Source of the DNA: an uncultured Clostridia bacterium
GTDB taxonomy: Bacteria; Bacillota; Clostridia; TANB77; CAG-508
Direction of reading: 5' to 3'
NCBI GenBank assembly: GCA_947625645.1
Contig: CANQPE010000002.1
Location: 22,981-86,980 of the forward strand
DNA: 64,000 nt
The notes under the pieces were generated by a model. That model saw only the letters and a program-made list of their open reading frames with translations. It was not told the origin of the DNA and did not search any database. Positions 10,092-19,725 of this stretch are shown piece by piece. A program made the position numbers and the translations under genes. The stretch's first letter is position 1. Each line of letters begins with the position of its first letter.

Positions 10092-11067
10092 AGAAGACGT
10101 AATTACGGTTGTGATACCAGTATACAATGTGCAAGAATATGTTCCAAGGTGCATAGAAAGTGTTATCAAGCAAACATACAAAAACCTTGAAATTATATTA
10201 GTAGATGATGGTTCAACAGATACTTCAGGCTATATCTGTGACGAATATGCCAAACAAGATGAAAGAATCAAAGTAATTCACAAGAAAAATGGAGGGTTAT
10301 CAGATGCTAGAAATGTTGCCATTGATATAGCAAAAGGAAAATATATCACGTTTATTGATTCAGATGACTATGTAGAAGTTGATTATATTGCATATTTATA
10401 TGAACTTATTAAAAGAAATGAATGTCAAATTTCAATTTGTGCCCATTTTACAGAAAATGAACAGCAAAAACGAGTTGATTTTGGAAACGGATATGAAGAA
10501 AAAAGTATGGGAAAAGAAGAAGCAATTTCTCGTATGCTGTGTGAACAAGGATTTACTGTTTCTGCTTGTGCAAAGATGTATGAGTTAACGTTATTTCAAA
10601 ATATACGATATCCATTTGGAAAATTATGTGAAGATAATGGAACAACGTATAAATTATTAGAAAAAAGTGAAAAGATTTACTATGGAAATAGTCCTAAATA
10701 TATTTATAGTAAACGAACAGGTTCTATTATGAATAGTAAATTTTCGAAAAAAAAGATGGACCTTATTGAATTAACTGATCAAATGGCAAAAGAATTAATG
10801 CCAAAGATGCCGAATCTAAAAGATGCAATTATCAAAAGGCAAATTCATTCTCGTTTTAGTGTGTTAAGGCAAATTGTATTTTCAAAAGAAAAAGACGAAA
10901 AACAGATTGCAAAACAATTGCGAAAAGATGTCTTAAAAAATTTTGGAACCCAATTTTTTAAAAATACAAAACTAGATAAAAGAGATAAACTTGCCTTCAT
11001 TTCGCTTTGGGTTGGATTATGGTGTTATAAAATAAATTGGAAAATGTATTTGAAAATGAAAGGATAG
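10084..11067 (+). CDS. Family 2 glycosyltransferase
   Basis: ITVVIPVYNVQEYVPRCIESVIKQTYKNLEIILVDDGSTD, DSDD motif; the ORF track has an upstream TTG at 10060, and the ATG at 10084 overlaps the previous stop (ATGAATGA). Confidence 0.8.
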   Translation: MNEEDVITVVIPVYNVQEYVPRCIESVIKQTYKNLEIILVDDGSTDTSGYICDEYAKQDERIKVIHKKNGGLSDARNVAIDIAKGKYITFIDSDDYVEVDYIAYLYELIKRNECQISICAHFTENEQQKRVDFGNGYEEKSMGKEEAISRMLCEQGFTVSACAKMYELTLFQNIRYPFGKLCEDNGTTYKLLEKSEKIYYGNSPKYIYSKRTGSIMNSKFSKKKMDLIELTDQMAKELMPKMPNLKDAIIKRQIHSRFSVLRQIVFSKEKDEKQIAKQLRKDVLKNFGTQFFKNTKLDKRDKLAFISLWVGLWCYKINWKMYLKMKG

Positions 11068-11074
11068 AGAAAAG

Positions 11075-12046
11075 ATGAATACACCTCTTGTTTCAGTAAT
11101 TATGTCTACATTAAATACCAAAGAAGAATATTTAAAAGAAGCTGTTAATAGTATTCTAAGCCAAACGTATACAAATTTTGAATTTATTATTATTGTAGAT
11201 GGAGGAATGGATGATGAGATTCTTTTGAAATTTCAAGATGAAAGAATCAAAATTATCAAGCATGACGAATCTATTGGATTGACAAAATCTTTGAATGAGG
11301 CAATCAAGGAGTGTAAAGGAAAATATATTGCAAGGATGGACAGCGATGATATTGCCTTAAAAGATAGATTCCGTATACAAGTAGCTTATATGGAAAAAAA
11401 TCCTGAAATAGACATGACAGCTACTTTTTATAAAGAAATTGGGGAAAATGAAAAAACAACAATAGAATGTTTTAATAAACCAAAACAAATAGATGCAAAA
11501 TTATTTTATATTAACATGATTTTACATCCATCTGTTATGTTTAAAAAAGAATTTTTAAATACGCATCATATTACATATGATGAAAATTATATTTATTCAC
11601 AAGATTTTGAATTATGGACAAGAATAGCAAAAAAAGGGAATATACAAATTATTCCCAAAATACTAATGAAATATAGAATTCATGAAGCACAGATTAGTAC
11701 AGGAAAGTTTCAAAAACAGTCAGAAATCTATTGTCAAATATTGAAAAGAAATTTAAAAGAATTAAACTTAGAAGAAGAAAATATAAAATATATATTAATG
11801 TTAAATACTAGAAATAATGAGGTAGACATTGTAGCGTTAAAAGAATTTATAAAGAAAGCTATTGATAAAAACAGTGAAATAAAAAGATATGATGAAAAAA
11901 TATTTAAAAAAGTACTTAAAGTTGCCTTTGCAACTATTTTGGTAAAACAAAAAAAGATAGTAACGATAGATTTTTTAAAATATGGTATATATCTATTTTT
12001 TCTATTTGGAAAAAAAATATGGTATAGCTTAATAGGTATTTTATAA
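11075..12046 (+). CDS. Family 2 glycosyltransferase
   Basis: VSVIMSTLNTKEEYLKEAVNSILSQTYTNFEFIIIVDGG, DSDD. Confidence 0.8.
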   Translation: MNTPLVSVIMSTLNTKEEYLKEAVNSILSQTYTNFEFIIIVDGGMDDEILLKFQDERIKIIKHDESIGLTKSLNEAIKECKGKYIARMDSDDIALKDRFRIQVAYMEKNPEIDMTATFYKEIGENEKTTIECFNKPKQIDAKLFYINMILHPSVMFKKEFLNTHHITYDENYIYSQDFELWTRIAKKGNIQIIPKILMKYRIHEAQISTGKFQKQSEIYCQILKRNLKELNLEEENIKYILMLNTRNNEVDIVALKEFIKKAIDKNSEIKRYDEKIFKKVLKVAFATILVKQKKIVTIDFLKYGIYLFFLFGKKIWYSLIGIL

Positions 12047-12060
12047 TAAGGAGGGGGAAT

Positions 12061-13389
12061 ATGTTAGCAATATATTTCATATTATATATAATTGCATTTA
12101 TCGTAAATAGTTTTATATATAAAAAGAAATTAAATTCTGTCAATATCATTATTTCACTATGGTGTATAGCTTCTATTTTATCAATGTTTGGATTTTATGG
12201 AATGTTTATACCAAACACTACTACATATATATATATACTGATATTTTTAATTACATTTGAAATATTTTCATTTATATTTTATAAAGTTATAAAAAAAGGG
12301 GAGATAAAAAAAGAAACAACAAAAGAAGAAACAAAAGAAAAAAAGCTAGAAGAAGATATAAATTGGAAACTAATGAATGTGGCAATGATTATATGCATTA
12401 TCATAATGGCATATTTTGCTTTTATAGGGTTGAAAATTCTTTTGACAGAAGGAGGACTTTCAAGTGTTAGAGATGCTTGGCTAGGAAAAGAGATTGCAAA
12501 TACCAAAGTGCAATTATTATTATCAATTGTTGTTTTTTCTTTGGGAACCGCAATTGGAATTTATTCAGTATTGGAGTATGTAGAACACAAAAAAATTAAA
12601 GTAAGTTTAATTTTATATTTTATTTTTTTATTAGAAATTATTTTTGCGACAGCTACTAGAGGTAAAATTGTTTATTTTGCGGGAATTATTGTTATTGCGC
12701 TATTAGATAAATATGAAAATAACTTAAAAGGATTAATTAAAGAAAATAAAAAAATTATTATATTTTTAGCAATCATGTTTTTAATTGTTTTTATAGTGAC
12801 TTTACAAAGAAATTTATCAGGAGGAGGATTCTTATATAATATATATGCCTACTTTATAGGAAGTATCCATTTGTTGGGACAATATTTAAAACAACCAGAA
12901 ACATACCTTTTAACTTCACAAAATTATTTATATGGTCAAGTATTAATTAGTGGATTTGTATATCCTATTACATTTATTATGAGACTATTTGGAATGAAAA
13001 TAATGGCTGGAATTTATATTGTTAATGAAGTAACGCAAAAATATATACCAGTGTCAAATGTAACAACAATGAACAATAATGTAACATTCCTTTATTCAGC
13101 ATTAAGAGATTTTGGAGTATTAGGATTAATAATATATCCAATGATATTAGCATTTTTCTTAATGAAATTTTATAATAAAAAGGAAAAAGAGAAAACATTG
13201 TATAGTAAAGCAATGTATGACTTTTTTCTAATAAATGCAATATTTCTTTTATTTGATTTTAAATTTTCAGATCCAAGTACGATATGGACATTTTTATTTA
13301 TCTACATATTTTATAAATTGACACCTAATAAAATAAAAGAGATAAAATCTAAAATGATAGAAATAACAAAATTACGAGAAAAGAAATGA
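12061..13389 (+). CDS. Wzy-type repeat-unit polymerase, polytopic membrane protein
   Basis: About 10-12 predicted TM helices with a large loop, very low GC, position inside the glycan locus. Confidence 0.55.
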   Translation: MLAIYFILYIIAFIVNSFIYKKKLNSVNIIISLWCIASILSMFGFYGMFIPNTTTYIYILIFLITFEIFSFIFYKVIKKGEIKKETTKEETKEKKLEEDINWKLMNVAMIICIIIMAYFAFIGLKILLTEGGLSSVRDAWLGKEIANTKVQLLLSIVVFSLGTAIGIYSVLEYVEHKKIKVSLILYFIFLLEIIFATATRGKIVYFAGIIVIALLDKYENNLKGLIKENKKIIIFLAIMFLIVFIVTLQRNLSGGGFLYNIYAYFIGSIHLLGQYLKQPETYLLTSQNYLYGQVLISGFVYPITFIMRLFGMKIMAGIYIVNEVTQKYIPVSNVTTMNNNVTFLYSALRDFGVLGLIIYPMILAFFLMKFYNKKEKEKTLYSKAMYDFFLINAIFLLFDFKFSDPSTIWTFLFIYIFYKLTPNKIKEIKSKMIEITKLREKK

Positions 13390-13447
13390 AAATCATGATA
13401 GTTATTTTTTAATTACATGATACAATCAGAAAGGAACATAACAAAAA

Positions 13448-14710
13448 ATGAAACAATTTGTAAAAAAAATATTAGGAGAGCAATTTTGTCATAAAATTAG
13501 TTTGACAATAAAATACATAAGAGGCCTAAAAAAAGTAGTAACAAAACGTACACTTGTAGTTAATAGTGATAAAGTTGAGAAAATAGAAGAATACAGTTTA
13601 AAAGATAAACATGTTTTTTGTGGATATTATGACCTAGTGCCAATAAAAGACCAGAAAATGTTAGTACATGTTTTGGATAAAAAAGGAAAAACAAATGTAA
13701 GAGAAATTGAATTAGGGTATTTTGATATGAATGATAATAAATATGTAAAAATAACAAATACAAAAGCATGGTGCTGGCAACAAGGCAGTAGACTTAGATG
13801 GTCTAATAAAAGCAAAAATATAATCTATTATAATGATATAGAAGGAGAGCACGATTGCTTCCGAGAGTATGATTTAGAAAAAAATCAAATTGTTCAAACA
13901 ATACCATATGCGTTATATGATATAGATCCAGAAGAAAAATGCGGTATCGCAATAAATTTTTCAAGACTGCAAAGATTGAGGCCAGGATATGGGTATAGCT
14001 ATTTAAAAGATAATACAATGGGGCAGAATGCCCCAAAAGATGATGGGATTTTTGTGGTTGATTTAAAAACAGGCACTAGGAAAATGTTGCTGTCTTTATA
14101 TGATTTAGCAAAATTAACAGATGATGAACTAAAATATGAACATTATATCAATCATATAGCCTTTTCACCTGATGGCAGTAAAATACTGTTCTTCCATTTA
14201 TGGACAGAACAAAATCAATCAACTTGGAAAAACGAATTATGTGTCATCAATATAGATGGAACCAATTTAAAAATATTAGAAAATGAATACAGAGTTTCAC
14301 ATTATGATTGGAAAGATAATATGGAATTGCTGATAACAGTAATAGAGAAACCAGGAGAAAAGGAATTTTATTGTTATTATAATGTAGAAACTGGGGAAAA
14401 AGTACGAATAGAAAATAAAAATTTAAAACAAGATGGACATCCTGTACATGCAAAAAATAGTAAAATATTTTATTCAGATACGTATCCAGATGAAAATTGT
14501 ATGCAGCAATTATTTGAATATGATACAGAGCGAAATGAATATACTTTGCTAGTATCTGTATTTTCAAATCTTAGATTAAATGACGAAAAAAGATGCGATT
14601 TACATCCAAAATTAGTAAAAGATGCAAATCAAATTTTAATCGATACCACATATAAAGGATGCAAAAGAAGTGTTCTGATTGCTAATTTGAAAGATGAAAT
14701 AAAAAAATAA
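13448..14710 (+). CDS. Hypothetical cytoplasmic protein with beta-propeller-like (TolB/WD40-like) repeats
   Basis: No signal peptide; repeats such as FSPDGSKILFF; W-rich motifs; no confident family. Confidence 0.4.
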   Translation: MKQFVKKILGEQFCHKISLTIKYIRGLKKVVTKRTLVVNSDKVEKIEEYSLKDKHVFCGYYDLVPIKDQKMLVHVLDKKGKTNVREIELGYFDMNDNKYVKITNTKAWCWQQGSRLRWSNKSKNIIYYNDIEGEHDCFREYDLEKNQIVQTIPYALYDIDPEEKCGIAINFSRLQRLRPGYGYSYLKDNTMGQNAPKDDGIFVVDLKTGTRKMLLSLYDLAKLTDDELKYEHYINHIAFSPDGSKILFFHLWTEQNQSTWKNELCVINIDGTNLKILENEYRVSHYDWKDNMELLITVIEKPGEKEFYCYYNVETGEKVRIENKNLKQDGHPVHAKNSKIFYSDTYPDENCMQQLFEYDTERNEYTLLVSVFSNLRLNDEKRCDLHPKLVKDANQILIDTTYKGCKRSVLIANLKDEIKK

Positions 14711-14739
14711 TTACAATCTTAGAAAGGAATGTCAGAAAG

Positions 14740-16140
14740 ATGGAAGAACGAAGCAAAAAACTAGTAAAAAATACAGCAATTTTAGGGCTTGGAACAATAT
14801 GTACAAAAGGTATCATGTTTTTAATGACACCACTTTTTACAAGGTGGTTAACACAAAGTGATTATGGAATTTTTGATTTAATAACAACTTACATAACATT
14901 AATTATTCCCATCATAACGTTAAGTTGTGGAGAAGCAGTATTTAGATTATTTTTAGAAAAAAATGAGGCAGACAAAGAGAAAAAGATTATTACGAATGCA
15001 ATTGTAATAGATGCAATAGGTTTTATTGTTGCAAGCATTATAACAATAATTGTTTCTGTCATTTACAGTGAAATAAGAAATATTGCAGTTTACTTTTTAT
15101 TACTTTTAATAGTAGAAGCTATAAATGAATTATTAACAATGGTGTTAAGAGGACTAAAAAAACTAAATATATATACAATTTCAAATATTATATTTGTACT
15201 ATCAATGGTAATTTCTGTTGTGATTCTTGTTAAATGTTTTAACTTACAATTGCAAGGAATACTATTAGGATATATCATAGGATACGGTATTTCAATTATT
15301 TTTATGGTAAAAAAATCAAATGTATTGCAATATATATCCTTTAAACAAGTTGATAAAAAAGTAGCCAAAGAAATGCTATCATATTCTCTTCCATTAATGC
15401 CCAATTCATTATCATGGTGGATTGTTAATGCCTCAGATAGAACGATAGTTAGTGTTTTTTTAGGAACATCAAGTAATGCTATTTTAGCTGTGGCACATAA
15501 AATTCCTAATTTATGTCAAATGCTATTTAATGTGTTCCATTTATCATGGCAGGAAAGTGCAGTTGAAACGATAGAAGATTCAGACAAAGACCAATATTAT
15601 ACAAAGGTTATGAATCAGATGATAATGGTATTAAGTTCTATATGTATTGTCATAATGGGATGTAATTTTTTGATATTTAAATTTTTATTTACAGAAGAAT
15701 ATATGATGGCATATTATCAAGTACCAATTCTAGTCATTGCAATCATAATATCTATGCTAGCACAATTTATAGGTGGAATATATGTAGCAAGAAAAGAATC
15801 ATATAAAAATGGAAAAACAACAGTAATAGCAGCAGTAACTAATATAATTATACACTTTCTATTAATAAGATTTATAGGAATTTATGCAGCAACCGTATCA
15901 ACATTTATAGCATATTTAACTCTATTTATTATACGATATATAGATATAAAAAAGATAATAAATATAAAATTCTATAAAAGTTCATTAGGAAATTTTGCAA
16001 TATTTATATATTATTTTATATGTATCTATATTAATAATTTAGTATTGCATTGTATTAACCTAGTTTTAGCGATTGTATATTTTATGATAGTAAATAAACA
16101 GATTGTCATAAAAGTGTCTAAAAAACTTTTAGCAAAGTAA
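14740..16140 (+). CDS. Wzx-type flippase (MOP/polysaccharide biosynthesis protein family)
   Basis: About 12-14 TM helices, MOP-type N-terminus. Confidence 0.75.
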   Translation: MEERSKKLVKNTAILGLGTICTKGIMFLMTPLFTRWLTQSDYGIFDLITTYITLIIPIITLSCGEAVFRLFLEKNEADKEKKIITNAIVIDAIGFIVASIITIIVSVIYSEIRNIAVYFLLLLIVEAINELLTMVLRGLKKLNIYTISNIIFVLSMVISVVILVKCFNLQLQGILLGYIIGYGISIIFMVKKSNVLQYISFKQVDKKVAKEMLSYSLPLMPNSLSWWIVNASDRTIVSVFLGTSSNAILAVAHKIPNLCQMLFNVFHLSWQESAVETIEDSDKDQYYTKVMNQMIMVLSSICIVIMGCNFLIFKFLFTEEYMMAYYQVPILVIAIIISMLAQFIGGIYVARKESYKNGKTTVIAAVTNIIIHFLLIRFIGIYAATVSTFIAYLTLFIIRYIDIKKIINIKFYKSSLGNFAIFIYYFICIYINNLVLHCINLVLAIVYFMIVNKQIVIKVSKKLLAK

Positions 16141-16151
16141 GGGAGAAAGTT

Positions 16152-17118
16152 ATGAAAACTTATTTTATTACAGGAGGAGCTGGCTTTATAGGCTCTACTT
16201 TAGCAGAAAGGCTCTTGAAAGAAGGAAACAAAGTTATTGTAATTGATAATTTTTGCGATTTTTATGAACCAGCTTTAAAGGAAAATAATGTAAAAGACTT
16301 ATTACAAAATTCTAATTTCAAATTGTATAGGAAGGATATTAGAGATAGACAAGCCATACGGAACCATTTTTGAGGAAAATGATATTGACACAGTTGTTCA
16401 TTTAGCTGCAATGGCGGGCGTAAGGCCTTCTATTGAAAATCCTGTCTTGTATCAAGAAGTGAATTGCATGGGAACGCAAAATATCTTAGAAGAAATGAAA
16501 TTACATCAAGTTCAAAATTTGGTCATGGCATCTTCTAGTAGTGTGTATGGGAACTGTAAAGAAGTACCATTTAGAGAAGATATGGTTGTGGACTTTGCCA
16601 TTAGCCCTTATGCAGCAACCAAAAAGGCTAACGAGGTGATGACACATGTATACCATAAATTATTCGGAATGCATGTGATGATGTTACGCTTTTTTACAGT
16701 GTATGGACCAAAACAAAGACCAGATTTAGCCATCAATAAATTTACAAGGCTTATGTCGCAAGGAAAGGAAATTCCAATGTTTGGAGATGGGACAACCTCT
16801 CGAGATTATACATTTATTGATGATATTGTAGATGGCATTATCAAATCTTGTGAATATTGCCAAAAAAATGAAAATGTATATGAAATTGTAAACTTAGGAA
16901 ATTCATCTCCTATTTCTTTAAAAGAAATGATACAGGTAATTGCAAAAACGCTGGGTGTGGAACCTAAAATACAGCAATTGCCGATGCAACCAGGAGATGT
17001 AGAAAGGACTTATGCAGATATTTCAAAGGCGAAAAATATGATAGGATATGAACCAAAAACAACATTTGAAGAAGGAATTAAACAGTTTGTGGATTGGTAT
17101 CAAAATCAAAACAAATAA
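16152..17118 (+). pseudogene. NAD-dependent nucleotide-sugar epimerase (UDP-glucuronate 4-epimerase-like) disrupted by a +1 frameshift near 16364
   Basis: N-terminal ORF 16152..16373 (GGAGFIGS Rossmann) stops after ...AIRNHF; the +1 frame continues IFEENDIDTVVHLAAMAGVRPS... into ORF 16411..17118, so an extra C in gaaCCatttttgagg breaks the frame. Confidence 0.65.
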
Positions 17119-17142
17119 AAGTAAAGAAAGGATGAAAGAAAA

Positions 17143-18444
17143 ATGAAACAATATAAAATAGCGGTAGCAGGTACAGGATATGTTGGTTTAGTAGCAGGGG
17201 TATGCTTTGCAGAAAGAGGACATCAAGTCATATGTGTGGACGTAGATGAAAAGAAAGTTCAAAAAATGAAAGATGGGATTTGTCCTATTTATGAAGAAGG
17301 ATTAGAAGAATTAATGATAAAAAATTATCAAGAAGGAAGATTGGATTATACCACAGATTACCAAAAAGCATATCAAAATGCAGATGCCATTTTTATTGGA
17401 GTGGGAACACCAGAAATGCCAGATGGTTCTGCAGATTTAAGCTATGTAGCAACAGTTTCTAGGCAAATTGCAGAAACCATTGAAAAAGATTGTTTAGTTG
17501 TGGTAAAATCTACTGTACCAGTAGGAACAAATGACAAAGTAGAGCAATTTATTAAGGATTCTTTGGTACATGATGTAAAAGTAGAAGTGGCAAGCAACCC
17601 AGAATTTTTATCTCAAGGAAGAGCCGTAAAAGACACATTAGAAGCCAAAAGAATTGTCATTGGAACAGAAAGTAAAAAAGCAGAAAAAATGTTAAAAGAA
17701 ATTTACGAACCATTTGGATTACCAATTGTTTCTGTTAGTAGACGTAGCAGTGAAATGATAAAATATGCATCAAATGACTTTTTAGCCCTTAAAATTTCTT
17801 ATATGAATGATATTGCTAATTTGTGTGAATTAGTAGGAGCTAATATTGAAGATGTAGCTAAAGGGATGAGCTACGATTCCAGAATTGGAGCACAATTTTT
17901 AAAAGCAGGGATAGGCTATGGAGGATCTTGTTTTCCAAAAGATACAAAGGCATTAAAATATATTGCAAAGCAACATGGATACCGCTTAAAAACAATAGAA
18001 GCAGCTGTGGATATTAATAGTGAACAAAAAATCAAATTATATCACAAGGCAAGTGAACGCTTAATTACATTCAACGGTTTGAAAGTTGCTGTTTTGGGGC
18101 TGGCGTTTAAACCAGGCACAGATGATTTAAGAGAAGCACCATCTCTAGAAAACATTGAACTTTTATTAAAACAAGGCGCTAATATTTACGCATATGACCC
18201 AGTAGCAGTAGAAAATACCAAAAAGAAATATCCAGATCAAATCACATATGTGAATAGTCCAGAAATGGCACTAAAAGAAGCAAATGTATGCTTCATCTTT
18301 ACAGAGTGGGATGAAATTAAAGCGATGAAACCACAAATGTACAAGGAATTAATGAAAACACCATTAGTATATGATGGAAGAAATATTTATTCCGTATCAG
18401 ACATGAAAGACAATGGCGTAGAATATTATTCTATAGGAAGATAG
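17143..18444 (+). CDS. ugd: UDP-glucose 6-dehydrogenase
   Basis: MKIAVAGTGYVGL NAD-binding N-terminus, catalytic GGSCFPKD. Confidence 0.9.
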   Translation: MKQYKIAVAGTGYVGLVAGVCFAERGHQVICVDVDEKKVQKMKDGICPIYEEGLEELMIKNYQEGRLDYTTDYQKAYQNADAIFIGVGTPEMPDGSADLSYVATVSRQIAETIEKDCLVVVKSTVPVGTNDKVEQFIKDSLVHDVKVEVASNPEFLSQGRAVKDTLEAKRIVIGTESKKAEKMLKEIYEPFGLPIVSVSRRSSEMIKYASNDFLALKISYMNDIANLCELVGANIEDVAKGMSYDSRIGAQFLKAGIGYGGSCFPKDTKALKYIAKQHGYRLKTIEAAVDINSEQKIKLYHKASERLITFNGLKVAVLGLAFKPGTDDLREAPSLENIELLLKQGANIYAYDPVAVENTKKKYPDQITYVNSPEMALKEANVCFIFTEWDEIKAMKPQMYKELMKTPLVYDGRNIYSVSDMKDNGVEYYSIGR

Positions 18445-18486
18445 AGGGGGTTACAAGATTTACTTTAGGAGGGAATGAGATAAAAT

Positions 18487-18990
18487 ATGGGAAGGACACT
18501 ATTTAGAATATTATTAATTTTCTTGTTAGGGATGACTTTTTATACGATTTTTCAATTTTCAAGTGAAAATTCGACGTTATCTAGTTCAAGAAGTGAAAAA
18601 GTGATGAGAAAAATAATTGATATATTTCCGTATACAAAGAATTTAAGTGAGGCAACCAAAACAAAAATGGTAAAAAAAGCGCAACCAATCATTCGTAAGT
18701 TAGCACACTTTTCAATATACACAGTGGTAGGAATATTAATCATGGCTTTTGTCAGTACATATCGACTTCTTTTATGGAAAAAGTTTTTGATTAGTATCAT
18801 GGTAGGATTACTATATGCCATTTCAGATGAATACCATCAAAGTTTTGTACCGGGTAGAAGTGCAGAACTAAGAGATGTTCTCATAGATACATCAGGTGTT
18901 TTTGTTGGAATACTAATTGTTTTAGTACTCATTTCAATTTATAAAGCATTGGGAGAAAAATACAAAACAATGCGCAGTGTAGAAAGTTAA
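18487..18990 (+). CDS. VanZ-family membrane protein
   Basis: Four TM helices, YAISDEYHQSFVPGRSAELRDVLIDTSGV VanZ signature. Confidence 0.75.
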   Translation: MGRTLFRILLIFLLGMTFYTIFQFSSENSTLSSSRSEKVMRKIIDIFPYTKNLSEATKTKMVKKAQPIIRKLAHFSIYTVVGILIMAFVSTYRLLLWKKFLISIMVGLLYAISDEYHQSFVPGRSAELRDVLIDTSGVFVGILIVLVLISIYKALGEKYKTMRSVES

Positions 18991-19006
18991 AGATGGCAGG
19001 GAAAAT

Positions 19007-19071
19007 GGGACAATTAGGGACGTATCTTTTTTGTCCTTCAAGGACAAAAAAGATACGTCCCTAATTGTCCC
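19007..19071. repeat. Palindromic repeat element copy 1, short form
   Basis: gggacaattagggacgtatcttttttgtcc / ttca / ggacaaaaaagatacgtccctaattgtccc; perfect 30-bp arms; between convergent vanZ and engB, overlapping the engB stop. Confidence 0.9.
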
Positions 19072-19651
19072 TAGCTCTATGCTCCAAAAATTCCCATACT
19101 TTTTCTGTGTAAATTTTTCTTTCGGAAGAGAAAGGTAGAATGGGGATATCTTTCATGGGGTTTAACTTGCTTTGGATGTCTGCAACGGCAAGCTCCACTT
19201 TAGTAGGGGCAATTTTGTCAGCTTTATTGGTCAGAATCAGACAAGGCAATCCTGCTTGAATGATGTAGTTGTACATCATTTTATCATTTTCGCTAGGAAT
19301 GTGACGGATATCTACCAAAAATATCACGAAAGAAATTTGTTCACGGTGTTGTAGATAATATTCAATAAAATTTCCTACTTGTGCTTGTTCTTGTTTTGAC
19401 ATTTTACTATACCCATAGCCAGGTAAATCTACAAAATAAAAAAGGTTATCCATATTATAAAAATTGATTTGGCGCGTTTTTCCAGGCTCACTGCTGGTAC
19501 GTGCCAGATTTTTTCTTTGAATCATGGTATTGATAAAACTAGATTTGCCAACATTGGACTTGCCAACTAGTACAATTTCTGGTAAGCCATTTTGAGGGTA
19601 TTGGCTAGGTTGTACGGCAGATATTTCAAATTTTGGATTTTTGATATGCAT
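19061..19651 (-). CDS. engB: Ribosome biogenesis GTPase EngB/YsxC
   Basis: G1 GKSNVGKSS, G3 DLPGYG, NKADK. Confidence 0.9.
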   Translation of the reverse strand: MHIKNPKFEISAVQPSQYPQNGLPEIVLVGKSNVGKSSFINTMIQRKNLARTSSEPGKTRQINFYNMDNLFYFVDLPGYGYSKMSKQEQAQVGNFIEYYLQHREQISFVIFLVDIRHIPSENDKMMYNYIIQAGLPCLILTNKADKIAPTKVELAVADIQSKLNPMKDIPILPFSSERKIYTEKVWEFLEHRARDN

Positions 19652-19685
19652 GGTTTCACATTCCTTTCAAAAAAATTTTGATACA

Positions 19686-19716
19686 ATAAAAATACAGTGC
19701 ACACGCATTGGTGTGC
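19686..19716 (-). terminator. Rho-independent terminator downstream of serS
   Basis: On the minus strand gtgcacaccaatgcgtgtgcac hairpin followed by a T-rich tract. Confidence 0.5.
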
Positions 19717-19725
19717 ACGAACCTG

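Noticed and set aside
10379-10588. 69-aa ORF inside the GT2 gene, plus other nested small ORFs (5338..5673, 6321..6527, 13560..14036, 26465..26662 and similar)
   Set aside because: All are nested in or antisense to longer, well-supported CDSs in an AT-rich genome where random ORFs of this size are common.
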